NCBI GenBank assembly: GCA_031431175.1
Contig: JANPCY010000003.1
Coordinates: 1 to 24,601, forward strand
Length of the DNA: 24,601 nt
Source: Steroidobacteraceae bacterium
GTDB lineage: Bacteria; Pseudomonadota; Gammaproteobacteria; Steroidobacterales; Steroidobacteraceae
Reading direction: 5' to 3'
Below the pieces are notes generated by a model that worked only from the letters and a program-made list of their open reading frames with translations, was not told the DNA's origin and did not search any database. The position numbers and the translations under genes were made by a program. Shown piece after piece: positions 7,412 through 16,474 of the stretch; position 1 is the first letter of the stretch, and the number at the start of each line of letters is the position of its first letter.

Positions 7412-8944
7412 ATGAGTACCGGGGACACGTTCGATCTCCTTATCGTCGGCGGTGGCATCAACGGGGTCGGAATCGCCCGCGACGCGGCCGGCCGGGGCCT
7501 GCGCGTACTGCTCGTCGAGCAGGCGGGCCTGGCTCATTACACGTCTTCTGCGAGCAGCAAGCTGGTTCACGGCGGCCTGCGTTACCTGGAGTATTTCAAG
7601 TTTCGCCTGGTGCGCGAGGCGCTGGTCGAGCGCGAGCGGTTGCTTTCGATCGCGCCGCATCTGGTCAGCCGGCTGCGTTTCGTACTGCCCTATGAGCACT
7701 GGCTCCGCCCGGCCTGGACGGTCCGGCTTGGCCTCCTCCTCTACGATTTCCTCGGCAGCGGGGGCAGTCTCGAACGGTCGGCGAATGTTCGCCTTGCTAC
7801 ATCGGAATTCGGACGGCCGTTGCGCCGGGACCTGAAGCGCGGCTTCGCCTTTTCGGACTGCACGGTCGACGACAGCCGCCTCGTCGTGCTGAACGCCAGG
7901 GATGCCGCCGACCGTGGCGCCGTCGTGCAGGTAGGCCATCGCCTGCTCCGCGCGGCGCGCGAACATGGCCGGTGGCGGGCGGAGATCGAGTGCGTGGAGT
8001 CCCGGCAGAAATATGCGGTGAGCGCGCGCGCCATCGTGAACGCAGCCGGCCCGTGGATCTCGAAGGTCCTGACGGAGCGTCTCGGCGGCGGCAGCCGGCA
8101 GCCGGTGCGCCTCATCAAGGGCAGCCACATTGTCGTGCGCCGACACTATGAGGGCGAACACGCCTACGTGCTGCAGCACCCCGACCGCCGCATCGTCTTT
8201 GTCATCCCCTACCAGGATGACTTCACGCTGATTGGCACGACGGACGTGGCATGGCCGGGCGAACCGGGGCCGGTCACCATCACGCCTGCCGAGACGGACT
8301 ATCTGTGTCAGACGGTCAACAGCTATTTCGATCGCCAGATCGGGCCCGACGATGTCGTCTGGAGCTACTCGGGGATTCGCCCGTTGTGGGACGACGCAGC
8401 GACGGAAGCATCTGCCGTTACCCGCGACTATGTGCTCGACATCGACGCAGCGCAGGGGCAGGCGCCCGTGTTGTCGGTGTTCGGCGGCAAGATCACCAAT
8501 TACCGGCGCGTCGCGGAACTGGGGCTCGAGAAGCTTGAACCCTATCTGGAGCCGCTGGGCGCCAGGTGGACGCTGACTGCGCCGTTACCCGGCGGTGACA
8601 TTCCCGGCGGCAATGTGGCTGCTTTCATCGCCGAGGTGCGCCGGCGCTGGCCATTCCTCGACCTGCTGCAGGCACGGCGTCTAGCAGGAGCTTACGGCAC
8701 GCGCATTTCGCGACTGCTGGACGGTGTCAGTTCGCGCGCGGGCATGGGCGAGGATTTCGGCGGTGGCATGACGCGGGTGGAAGTCGACTTCCTGATTCGC
8801 GAGGAATGGGCAAGGTCGGCCGAGGACATCTACTGGCGCCATTCGAAGACCGGCCTGCATGCCTCGCCGGCAGACCAGCAGAGGCTCGTCGCCTATTTGC
8901 AGGTCACCGGGCAGGAGCAGCCGGCCCAGGCCGGTCTGCCATGA
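7412..8944 (+). CDS. glpD: Aerobic FAD-dependent glycerol-3-phosphate dehydrogenase
   Basis: [52 protein letters not shown] and GGKITNYR; adjacent to glpK. Confidence 0.95.
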   Translation: MSTGDTFDLLIVGGGINGVGIARDAAGRGLRVLLVEQAGLAHYTSSASSKLVHGGLRYLEYFKFRLVREALVERERLLSIAPHLVSRLRFVLPYEHWLRPAWTVRLGLLLYDFLGSGGSLERSANVRLATSEFGRPLRRDLKRGFAFSDCTVDDSRLVVLNARDAADRGAVVQVGHRLLRAAREHGRWRAEIECVESRQKYAVSARAIVNAAGPWISKVLTERLGGGSRQPVRLIKGSHIVVRRHYEGEHAYVLQHPDRRIVFVIPYQDDFTLIGTTDVAWPGEPGPVTITPAETDYLCQTVNSYFDRQIGPDDVVWSYSGIRPLWDDAATEASAVTRDYVLDIDAAQGQAPVLSVFGGKITNYRRVAELGLEKLEPYLEPLGARWTLTAPLPGGDIPGGNVAAFIAEVRRRWPFLDLLQARRLAGAYGTRISRLLDGVSSRAGMGEDFGGGMTRVEVDFLIREEWARSAEDIYWRHSKTGLHASPADQQRLVAYLQVTGQEQPAQAGLP

Positions 8945-10431
8945 ACCGCCCGCGCCATGTTCTCGCCATTGACCAGGGAACGACCTCGACGCGCAGCATC
9001 GTGTTCGATGACCAGGGGCGGACCGTGTCGATGGCGCGGCGCGAACTGAAGCAGCATTACCCGGCTGCGGGCTGGGTGGAACACGATGCCGAGGACATCT
9101 GGCGCGACACGCTGGTGACCGCGCGCGAAGCCATCGAACAGAGCGGACTCGGCGCTGGCGGCATGGCCGCAATCGGCATCACCAATCAGCGTGAGACGGC
9201 GGTCGTGTGGGAACGAAGCACCGGCAAGCCGATTCATCGTGCCATCGTCTGGCAGGACCGGCGCACCGCCGAGGCATGCGCGCGCCTGAAGAGTGACGGT
9301 GCCGAGGACATGGTCCGGCAGCGCACCGGCCTGCTGCTCGATCCGTACTTCTCGGGCACCAAGCTCTGTTGGCTGCTCGATCAGGTCGCAGGCGCGCGGG
9401 CGCGTGCGGAGCGTGGCGAACTCGCTTTTGGCACCATCGATTGCTTTCTGCTCTGGCGGCTGACGGGTGGCCGGGTGCACGCCACGGATGTGACCAACGC
9501 CTCGCGTACGCTGCTGTTCGACATTCATCGCGGAGAGTGGGACGAGGAACTGCTGCGCTTGATCCACGTGCCTCGCGCACTGCTGCCCGAGGTGGGGGAC
9601 AGCAGCGCAATTTACGGTGAGACCGAGCCGGGCCTGTTCGACCAGGCCATTCCGATCGGCGGCATCGCCGGTGACCAGCAGGCGGCACTCATCGGCCAGG
9701 CCTGTTTTGAACCGGGGATGGCCAAGTCCACCTACGGCACGGGCTGCTTCCTGCTGCTGAACACCGGCGAGACACCGGTGCTGTCGCAAAACCGGTTGCT
9801 GACGACGCCTGCGTATCGCATCAAGGGTCGCACGACCTATGCGATGGAAGGTTCCATCTTCGTCGCCGGTGCCGCAATCAAGTGGCTGCGGGACGGGCTC
9901 GAAATCATCGAGGACGCTGCCGAGACCGCGACGCTCGCAACGCAGGTACCGGATAGTCACGGCGTGTATATGGTGCCGGCATTCGTCGGACTCGGCGCGC
10001 CGCATTGGGTGCCTGAAGCACGAGGCTTGATTTGCGGACTGACCCTCGACGTCACCGGCGCGCAGCTTGCGCGGGCGGCGCTTGAATCGGTGGCGTTTCA
10101 GACGCTCGATCTGACGATGGCGATGGCCGGCGACGGTGCGCAGAGCGCCGCAGCGATCCGCGTTGATGGCGGCATGGCCGGCAACGACTGGTTCTGCCAG
10201 TTCCTGGCGGATGTGCTCAATGCGCCTGTGGCAAGACCGGCCCAACTGGAGACAACGGCGCTTGGGGCGGCTTATCTCGCCGGCCTCGCGACGGGTGTCT
10301 GGGCGGACCTGCAGGCCGTCGCCGGCACCTGGGCGAAGGCTGCCTTGTTCGCGCCCACCATGGCGGCTGCCCGCCGGGCGGAACTGGTCGCCGGATGGAG
10401 AACCGCGCTGCGAAGGACGCTCATCAATTAA
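8941..10431 (+). CDS. glpK: Glycerol kinase
   Basis: [61 protein letters not shown] and VDGGM. Start at ATG 8941 (ATGA overlap with the glpD stop), not 8806. Confidence 0.96.
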   Translation: MNRPRHVLAIDQGTTSTRSIVFDDQGRTVSMARRELKQHYPAAGWVEHDAEDIWRDTLVTAREAIEQSGLGAGGMAAIGITNQRETAVVWERSTGKPIHRAIVWQDRRTAEACARLKSDGAEDMVRQRTGLLLDPYFSGTKLCWLLDQVAGARARAERGELAFGTIDCFLLWRLTGGRVHATDVTNASRTLLFDIHRGEWDEELLRLIHVPRALLPEVGDSSAIYGETEPGLFDQAIPIGGIAGDQQAALIGQACFEPGMAKSTYGTGCFLLLNTGETPVLSQNRLLTTPAYRIKGRTTYAMEGSIFVAGAAIKWLRDGLEIIEDAAETATLATQVPDSHGVYMVPAFVGLGAPHWVPEARGLICGLTLDVTGAQLARAALESVAFQTLDLTMAMAGDGAQSAAAIRVDGGMAGNDWFCQFLADVLNAPVARPAQLETTALGAAYLAGLATGVWADLQAVAGTWAKAALFAPTMAAARRAELVAGWRTALRRTLIN

Positions 10432-10638
10432 GGCGTTGATTCAGGCCCTTCAGGCCCTTTGTGTTGTACGAACGCAACAACTTATGGGGGATTCAGCGGC
10501 GACCCGACGATGCGATTTACGGGCGCCGCATGCAACTGATAAGATGCGCGGCCTGCGCCGGATCTGGCTGTATGAATACTACAACAGATTCCAGTGCCGT
10601 CCCGTTTCTACCGTGAAGTACATGCACCAGGAGAATTT

Positions 10639-13020
10639 ATGACAGCGCCAGTGAACAAGACGCCGCGGACGTGGGCGTTCAACGTAGCGACGGCGGTCGC
10701 CGCCGTACTTTCGGCCGCAAACGTTCAGGCGGCCGATACAGCCGCGGAGACGACGCTCGAGGAAGTCCTGGTATTCGGCCACGGTCAGTCGCGGCAGGTC
10801 GCCGAGATCAGTGCGATCGAGATCGCGAAGGAAGCCCCCGGCACCAGCGCCCTCAAGGCCATCTCCAAGCTGCCGGGCGTCAGTTTTCAGTCAGCGGATC
10901 CCTACGGTGCCTACGAGTGGTCAACCCGCATCACGGTGCGCGGTTTCAACCAGAACCAGCTCGGCTTCACGCTCGATGGCGTGCCGCTCGGTGACATGAG
11001 CTACGGCAACCACAATGGGTTGCACATCAGCCGGGCGATTTCATCCGAAAACATCGCTAATGCCGTCCTGTCGCAGGGCGCGGGCACGCTTGAGACGGCT
11101 TCGGCCAGCAACCTCGGCGGCACGCTGGCGTTCTTCTCGATTGATCCCGCGACCGAATTCGGCGCAAAGGTCGCGCTGACGGGCGGCAGCGAGTCGGACC
11201 AGCGCGGTTTCGCTCGGTTCGAGACGGGCGAGCTTGGCGGCGCCGGCACACGCGCCTACCTGAGCTACACGAATCAGCAGACCGACAAGTGGAAGGGCCT
11301 GGGCGAGCAGAAGCAGGAGCAGATCAATTTCAAGATCGTGCAACCGATCGGCGAAGGGAGGCTCTCCGCGTTCTACAACTACTCGGATCGCCAGGAAAAC
11401 GACTACCAGGATCTGTCTTTGGGCATGATCAGCCGTCTCGGTTACGACTGGGACAACCTGTCGGGCCCGGTGGGCGTCGATTCGGCGAACTGGCAACTGA
11501 TCCAGCAGATCTCGAGCATCTACGTGGCCAATGGCTATACGGATCTCCCGGGCGCGTACACGAACCTCACGGACCCGCCTAACAATATCCAGTCCGTCGA
11601 CGACGCGTACTTCAACGCGTCGGGGCTGCGCAAGGATGATCTTGCTGGCGTGACGCTGAATCTGCCGTTCGGCGAAAGCGTGTTGTGGGACACGACCGTG
11701 TACCTGCACCAGAACGAGGGCCAGGGCATCTGGTTCGAGGGCTACTTGCCGACGCCCGTCGGCGCCCCGGACGGCAGCGGTGGGACCATCAGCGACCCGG
11801 CGTCGGTCGGCGTGCGCACGACCGAGTACGAGATCGACCGCCAGGGCGTGACGACGGCGCTGACCTGGACGGTGGGTGCGCACACGGTGAAAGGCGGCTT
11901 CTGGTACGAGGACAACGACTTCGACCACGCGCGTCGCTTCTACGGACTCTCGGCGGCAGCCCCGCAGCGGGATTCGCTCGAGTTCATGCGCGATCCGTTT
12001 TTTACCCAGTGGCATGTCGGCTTCAATACCAAGACCACGCAGTACTTCCTGCAAGACACATTGGCCGTCAGCGACGCGCTGAAGATCAACTTCGGCTTCA
12101 AGTCGCTCGAAGTCAAGAACGAGGCGAAGGCGATTCTGATACCTGCTGTTCTGGCCGAGGGCAAGATCGAGGCCAAGGAAAGCTTCCTGCCGCAGATCGG
12201 CTTCAACTACGCGGCCAGCGATGACTCGGAGCTGTTCGGTGCCATCACGGAAAACATGCGCGCATTCCAGTCGGCGGCGACCGTTGGGCCATACTCGACG
12301 ACGCCCGCAGGCTTTGACGCAATAAAAGACACGCTCGAGCCGGAGACCTCCAGGACCTACGAATTGGGCTGGCGCTACAACACCGGGACTTTGCAGGCGG
12401 TGGTCGCGGCCTACTTCGTCGAATTCAAGGACCGGCTGCTCGGAATTTCGGTCGGCTCCGGCATCGTCGGCAACCCGTCAGTACAGCAGAATGTCGGCAA
12501 CGTCGAAACGAAGGGCGTCGAAGTCGGCGCGCGTTGGCAGATCTCGCCGAACTGGAACTGGTATAACTCGTTGAGCTACAACCAGTCGGAGTACCAGGAC
12601 GACGTGATAGACGCGAACGGGGTGGTCTTGGCAGCGACCGCGGGCAAGACCGTGGTCGATGCGCCGCAGGATCTGTTCAAGTCGGAGCTCGGTTACGACA
12701 ACGGTGCGTTCTTCGGCAAGCTGGGACTCGACTACGTCGGCAAGCGCTACTTCACCTATACGAACGACCTGGCAGCTGGCTCCGGAGACGGTGCGGGCAA
12801 GGTCGGTTCGTATACGGTGCTCGATATGGCCCTCGGCTACCGGATGAAGGACCTCGGCTTCGGCAAGAATCTTTCGATCCAGGCCAACGTCACGAACCTG
12901 ACCGACGAGAGTTACGTCTCAACCATCGGCTCGAACGGTTTCCGTAACTCAGGTGACCGCCAGACGTTCCTGGCGGGCGCACCGCTTCAGTGGTTCGTTT
13001 CGCTGAGCGGCCAGTTCTGA
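10639..13020 (+). CDS. TonB-dependent receptor
   Basis: AGGAG at 10629-10633 precedes ATG 10639. Signal peptide ending NVQA-A, acidic EEVLV TonB-box-like segment, plug-type ITVRGF...LDGVP, NVTNLTDESY near the C-terminus and a terminal Phe (SLSGQF). Confidence 0.92.
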   Translation: MTAPVNKTPRTWAFNVATAVAAVLSAANVQAADTAAETTLEEVLVFGHGQSRQVAEISAIEIAKEAPGTSALKAISKLPGVSFQSADPYGAYEWSTRITVRGFNQNQLGFTLDGVPLGDMSYGNHNGLHISRAISSENIANAVLSQGAGTLETASASNLGGTLAFFSIDPATEFGAKVALTGGSESDQRGFARFETGELGGAGTRAYLSYTNQQTDKWKGLGEQKQEQINFKIVQPIGEGRLSAFYNYSDRQENDYQDLSLGMISRLGYDWDNLSGPVGVDSANWQLIQQISSIYVANGYTDLPGAYTNLTDPPNNIQSVDDAYFNASGLRKDDLAGVTLNLPFGESVLWDTTVYLHQNEGQGIWFEGYLPTPVGAPDGSGGTISDPASVGVRTTEYEIDRQGVTTALTWTVGAHTVKGGFWYEDNDFDHARRFYGLSAAAPQRDSLEFMRDPFFTQWHVGFNTKTTQYFLQDTLAVSDALKINFGFKSLEVKNEAKAILIPAVLAEGKIEAKESFLPQIGFNYAASDDSELFGAITENMRAFQSAATVGPYSTTPAGFDAIKDTLEPETSRTYELGWRYNTGTLQAVVAAYFVEFKDRLLGISVGSGIVGNPSVQQNVGNVETKGVEVGARWQISPNWNWYNSLSYNQSEYQDDVIDANGVVLAATAGKTVVDAPQDLFKSELGYDNGAFFGKLGLDYVGKRYFTYTNDLAAGSGDGAGKVGSYTVLDMALGYRMKDLGFGKNLSIQANVTNLTDESYVSTIGSNGFRNSGDRQTFLAGAPLQWFVSLSGQF

Positions 13021-13037
13021 TCTGATCGAGTTGTGCC

Positions 13038-13073
13038 CCACCCCGGCCGGACGCATCTGTCCGGCCGGGGTGG
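13038..13073. other. Perfect 15-bp GC-rich intergenic hairpin without a U-tract
   Basis: CCACCCCGGCCGGAC (13038-13052), loop GCATCT, then GTCCGGCCGGGGTGG (13059-13073). Lies between the receptor stop and the phosphoesterase start. Confidence 0.85.
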
Positions 13074-13091
13074 AGACCGCACGGCGCCACA

Positions 13092-14807
13092 ATGAAACTG
13101 CGCAGCACGGTTGTCACGGCCGCCATTGGCGCGTTCTTCGCCAATGGCCTGGCAGCGGCGCCGCGGACGCCGATTGAGCACGTCATCGTCATCGTCGGCG
13201 AGAACCGGACCTTTGACAATCTGTTCGCGACGTACCAGCCGAAGTCGCGGCAGTCCGTCGGCAACCTGCTGTCACGCGGTATCGTGCGCACCGATGGCTC
13301 GCCGGGCCCGAACTTCGCACTTGCCGAACAACACACCGCCGAGGTCCTCGATTTCTATTCGCCGATCCCAAAAGTGACCGGCAGCTATTCCACCCTGCCG
13401 CAGCCCTACGCCTTCGGTGCGTTCGGCCAGCAACACGACGTCCCTGATGCCCGCTTCACTGAACCGTTACCGAACGGGCCGTTCCAGATCACGAAACACG
13501 TCAGCTACGGCGCGCACACCGGCGACCCGATTCACCGTTTCTTCCAGATGCGGCAACAGATCAACGGCGGCAGGAACGACCTGTTCGTCTGGACGGCAGA
13601 GACCGTCGGCATGGGCGGCAGCAACGGCACCCTGCCGTTCGGGCCTAACAAGACCTACCAGGGCGCCGTCGCGATGGGCTTCTACAACATGGCGCGCGGC
13701 GATGCGGCGTATTTCCGTTCGCTCGCCGACAGGTATGCACTCGCCGACAACTACCATCAGCCGATCCTCGGTGGAACGACGGCCAATTACTTTGCACTTG
13801 CAACCGCGGATGTTGGGTACTACACGGCGGCCGGGCAGCCTGCCACGCCACCCGCAAAGCTGATCGAGAATCCGAATCCGCAGCCCGGCACGAATAACTG
13901 GTACATCGAGGACGGATACCAGGGCGGCACGCTCGTCGCCTGCGCGGACCGGTCTGCGCCCGGCGTAGCGCCGATCCGCGACGATCTCGCCAGCCTGCCG
14001 CACCCGGTTTTCCGCGACGGCAACTGCGAGCCAGGCCATTACTACATGGTCAACAATCTCGAGCCCGCCTACATGCCGGATGGTTCGCTGCGCGAAGACA
14101 AGCCGGAAAGGCCCGTGCTGCCGCCGCAGACGATGCGCAACATTGGCGACGCGCTGAGCGCCGGCGGCGTCTCATGGAAGTGGTATACCGGCGGCCGAAA
14201 TGACGGCAAGACCGTTGACCGGGAATACTGCGCGATGTGCGACACGCTGAGCTACTTCACATCGACCATGACTGGCCCGGACCGTGCGAAGCTTCAGGAC
14301 CTGCAGCAATTCCATGTCGACGTGAAGAATGCGGAGACCTTCCCTGCAGTCGCCGTGATCGCGCCCTATGACAGCATTTCCGGCCATCCCGGCTATGCCA
14401 TGCAGCCGGGCTTTGACGAGCTGGTGCGCAACGTCGTTGACCGGGTGCAGTCCAACCTCGCGCTGTGGCGGAACACGGCCATCCTGGTGACATTCGACGA
14501 GGGTGGCGGCTACTACGACTCCGGCTACGTGCAGCCCATCGACTTCTTCGGCGACGGCACGCGCATCCCGATGATCGCGGTCTCGCCGTACGCGCGGCGC
14601 GGACACGTCGATCACACCTATTACGATCACGCCTCGATCGCCAAGTTCATCGAGTACAACTGGGGCTTGCCGCCGATCACGGCCCGCAGCCGCGACAACC
14701 TGCCGAACCCGGTCCACGCCGCCAGTGACCCGTACGTGCCGGTGAACCGGCCGGCGATCGGCGATCTGACCGGGTTGTTCGACTTCAAGCGCAAGCCGCG
14801 CCTCTAG
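13092..14807 (+). CDS. Secreted phosphoesterase of the phospholipase C / acid phosphatase AcpA family
   Basis: Sec-type signal peptide, IEHVIVIVGENRTFDNLF (family ENR[ST]FD motif), HRFFQ, GGTTAN (putative Thr nucleophile), SGHPGY, VTFDEGGGYYD, DGTRIPMIAVSPYAR and YDHASIAKFIEYNW. Confidence 0.88.
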   Translation: MKLRSTVVTAAIGAFFANGLAAAPRTPIEHVIVIVGENRTFDNLFATYQPKSRQSVGNLLSRGIVRTDGSPGPNFALAEQHTAEVLDFYSPIPKVTGSYSTLPQPYAFGAFGQQHDVPDARFTEPLPNGPFQITKHVSYGAHTGDPIHRFFQMRQQINGGRNDLFVWTAETVGMGGSNGTLPFGPNKTYQGAVAMGFYNMARGDAAYFRSLADRYALADNYHQPILGGTTANYFALATADVGYYTAAGQPATPPAKLIENPNPQPGTNNWYIEDGYQGGTLVACADRSAPGVAPIRDDLASLPHPVFRDGNCEPGHYYMVNNLEPAYMPDGSLREDKPERPVLPPQTMRNIGDALSAGGVSWKWYTGGRNDGKTVDREYCAMCDTLSYFTSTMTGPDRAKLQDLQQFHVDVKNAETFPAVAVIAPYDSISGHPGYAMQPGFDELVRNVVDRVQSNLALWRNTAILVTFDEGGGYYDSGYVQPIDFFGDGTRIPMIAVSPYARRGHVDHTYYDHASIAKFIEYNWGLPPITARSRDNLPNPVHAASDPYVPVNRPAIGDLTGLFDFKRKPRL

Positions 14808-15232
14808 GCGAAGGGGACGGAAAAAATTCCATCCGCGATCTGCGGCGCGGAGCCATCGATCACGTAGTACTCGCCCTTCTCGGCGACGAAGATATGGCAA
14901 GCGATCTCGAGGCCCGTGGCGTCGTCGAGGGTGCCGGCGGCGATGCTGATGTAATCGCGTCCGACTCCGTCCCAGAACAAGGTAGAGCCGCACTCTTCAC
15001 AGAATCCGCGGCGTGCCTCAGGCGATGCCGAATACCATTTGAGTGCCACCCCCGACGACAGGCGAAAATCAGCGCGTCTGGCGGCCGTCGCCGCCATGAA
15101 ATGGCCGGTCATGCGACGGCACTGGGTGCAATGGCAGGCGATTACAGGCCGCATCGGTCCCGCGACCTCATAACGTACGGCGCCACACAGACATCCTCCT
15201 GCTCTCGGCGGTATACTGGCTATTGCGCTCAC
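14804..15232 (-). CDS. GFA/CENP-V family zinc-binding protein
   Basis: GGCLCGAVRY, CHCTQCRR and RGFCEECGSTLF cysteine pattern. GTG start with GAGGA upstream; lies directly downstream of choV. Confidence 0.88.
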   Translation of the reverse strand: MSAIASIPPRAGGCLCGAVRYEVAGPMRPVIACHCTQCRRMTGHFMAATAARRADFRLSSGVALKWYSASPEARRGFCEECGSTLFWDGVGRDYISIAAGTLDDATGLEIACHIFVAEKGEYYVIDGSAPQIADGIFSVPFA

Positions 15233-15259
15233 AGGACTGCTTTCCTCGCTTCCGCGGCG

Positions 15260-16474
15260 CTAGGCCGCGCTGGCTGAGCCACGCGCCGCAAGCGCGCAGA
15301 TAATTTCGGTTTCCCCGCAGACGCCCAGCACCTGCCCGCCCTCTGCCAGCAACACCGGATGGCCTGTCCTCCGGCGCAGGTCAATCAGTGCCTGCAGCGC
15401 CAGTGACGCGGGCGCAACGATCACCGCGCGTTCGTCCTCGGCGCAGACCGCGTCATCCCCCACCACGCGCAGGGGATGCGGCTGCCCGTTGAGACGCAAT
15501 TCGACTGGCGCAAGCTGCGGGTCCAGCTTCAATTGATAATGCCGCGCGTCGTCCAGGCAGAGAGCGCCGTCCGCCTGGTCCATCTGCTCGCATCTGCGCA
15601 TGATCATGGCGCCGGTGAGTACCGTGAGCGGATTCATGTGCCGCACGAATTCAGCGACGTAATCGTCAGCGGGGCGCAGCACGATATCCTGCACCGTGCC
15701 GGTCTGCACGATGCGGCCGTGATGCATGATCGAGATTCGATCACCGAGACGCAGGGCCTCGTCGAGGTCGTGGCTGACGAACAGGATTGTCTTCTTGACG
15801 CGTTCCTGCAGCGCCAGTAACTCGTCCTGAAGCTTGTCGCGGATCAGGGGATCGAGGGCAGAAAAAGGCTCGTCCATCAGCAGAATGTCGGCCTTCGTCG
15901 CAAACGCACGCGCCAGACCCACGCGCTGCTGCATGCCGCCGGACAGCTCGCTGACATCCCGGTCCGCCCATTGCGATAAACCGACCAGCTCGAGTTGTTC
16001 CGCAACGATCCTGCGCCGCTCGGCGGCCGGTTCGCCGCGCAACTCCAGACCGAGCCCGACGTTGTCCGCGACCGTGCGCCAGGGAAGCAGCCCGAATTGC
16101 TGAAACACCATCGCGACGCGTTCGCGCCGCAGGCGTCGCAGGCTTTCGGTGCTGCAGATGCCAACGTCGATCGGCGCGTTCGCGTCGTCGATCAGCACGC
16201 GCCCGCGCGTGACGGCCGTCAGGCCGTTGGCGGCCCGTAACAGGGTCGATTTGCCGGAGCCGGACAACCCCATCATCACGCAAATCTCGCCCGGCGCGAT
16301 GCTGAGGCTTGCGCCGGATACGCCGACGACGACGCCGCAGGCGGCGGAAATGTCGTCCCGGGGAGCGCCCGCATCGAGCCGCGCGAGCGCGTCGCGAATC
16401 GCCCGCGCGCTTTTTCGCCCTTGCTCGCGGCAGAACAGGATGTCAACGTCCTGGAACTCAAGTGCGGCGTTCAT
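15260..16474 (-). CDS. choV: Choline ABC transporter ATP-binding subunit
   Basis: MGLSGSGKSTLLR, MVFQQFGLLPWRTV, LSGGMQQRVGLARAFAT and LLMDEPFSALDPLIRDKLQDELL. Start ATG 16474 (MNAALEFQDVDILF) overlaps the upstream stop as ATGA; the 16717 start in the ORF track is an artefactual extension. Confidence 0.88.
   Translation of the reverse strand: MNAALEFQDVDILFCREQGRKSARAIRDALARLDAGAPRDDISAACGVVVGVSGASLSIAPGEICVMMGLSGSGKSTLLRAANGLTAVTRGRVLIDDANAPIDVGICSTESLRRLRRERVAMVFQQFGLLPWRTVADNVGLGLELRGEPAAERRRIVAEQLELVGLSQWADRDVSELSGGMQQRVGLARAFATKADILLMDEPFSALDPLIRDKLQDELLALQERVKKTILFVSHDLDEALRLGDRISIMHHGRIVQTGTVQDIVLRPADDYVAEFVRHMNPLTVLTGAMIMRRCEQMDQADGALCLDDARHYQLKLDPQLAPVELRLNGQPHPLRVVGDDAVCAEDERAVIVAPASLALQALIDLRRRTGHPVLLAEGGQVLGVCGETEIICALAARGSASAA

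Noticed and set aside
8806-8940. N-terminal extensions in the ORF track (glpK from 8806, receptor from 10594, choV from 16717, kinase from 3980)
   Set aside because: The downstream starts for glpK, the receptor and choV have ATGA coupling or a clear SD and match family N-termini; for the kinase the 3980 TTG abuts the divergent transposase start. The extensions overlap other genes or non-coding DNA.
8893-10245. Long antisense or alternate-frame ORFs (e.g. 8893-10245 -, 11041-12054 -, 16792-18012 +, 19436-20755 -, 5221-6156 -, 7388-8179 -)
   Set aside because: They lie opposite well-supported genes, have no recognisable motifs, and are expected shadows of GC-rich codon usage.
13038-13073. Hairpin as an intrinsic terminator
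   Set aside because: There is no U-tract on either strand, so it is reported as a structure of unknown role instead.
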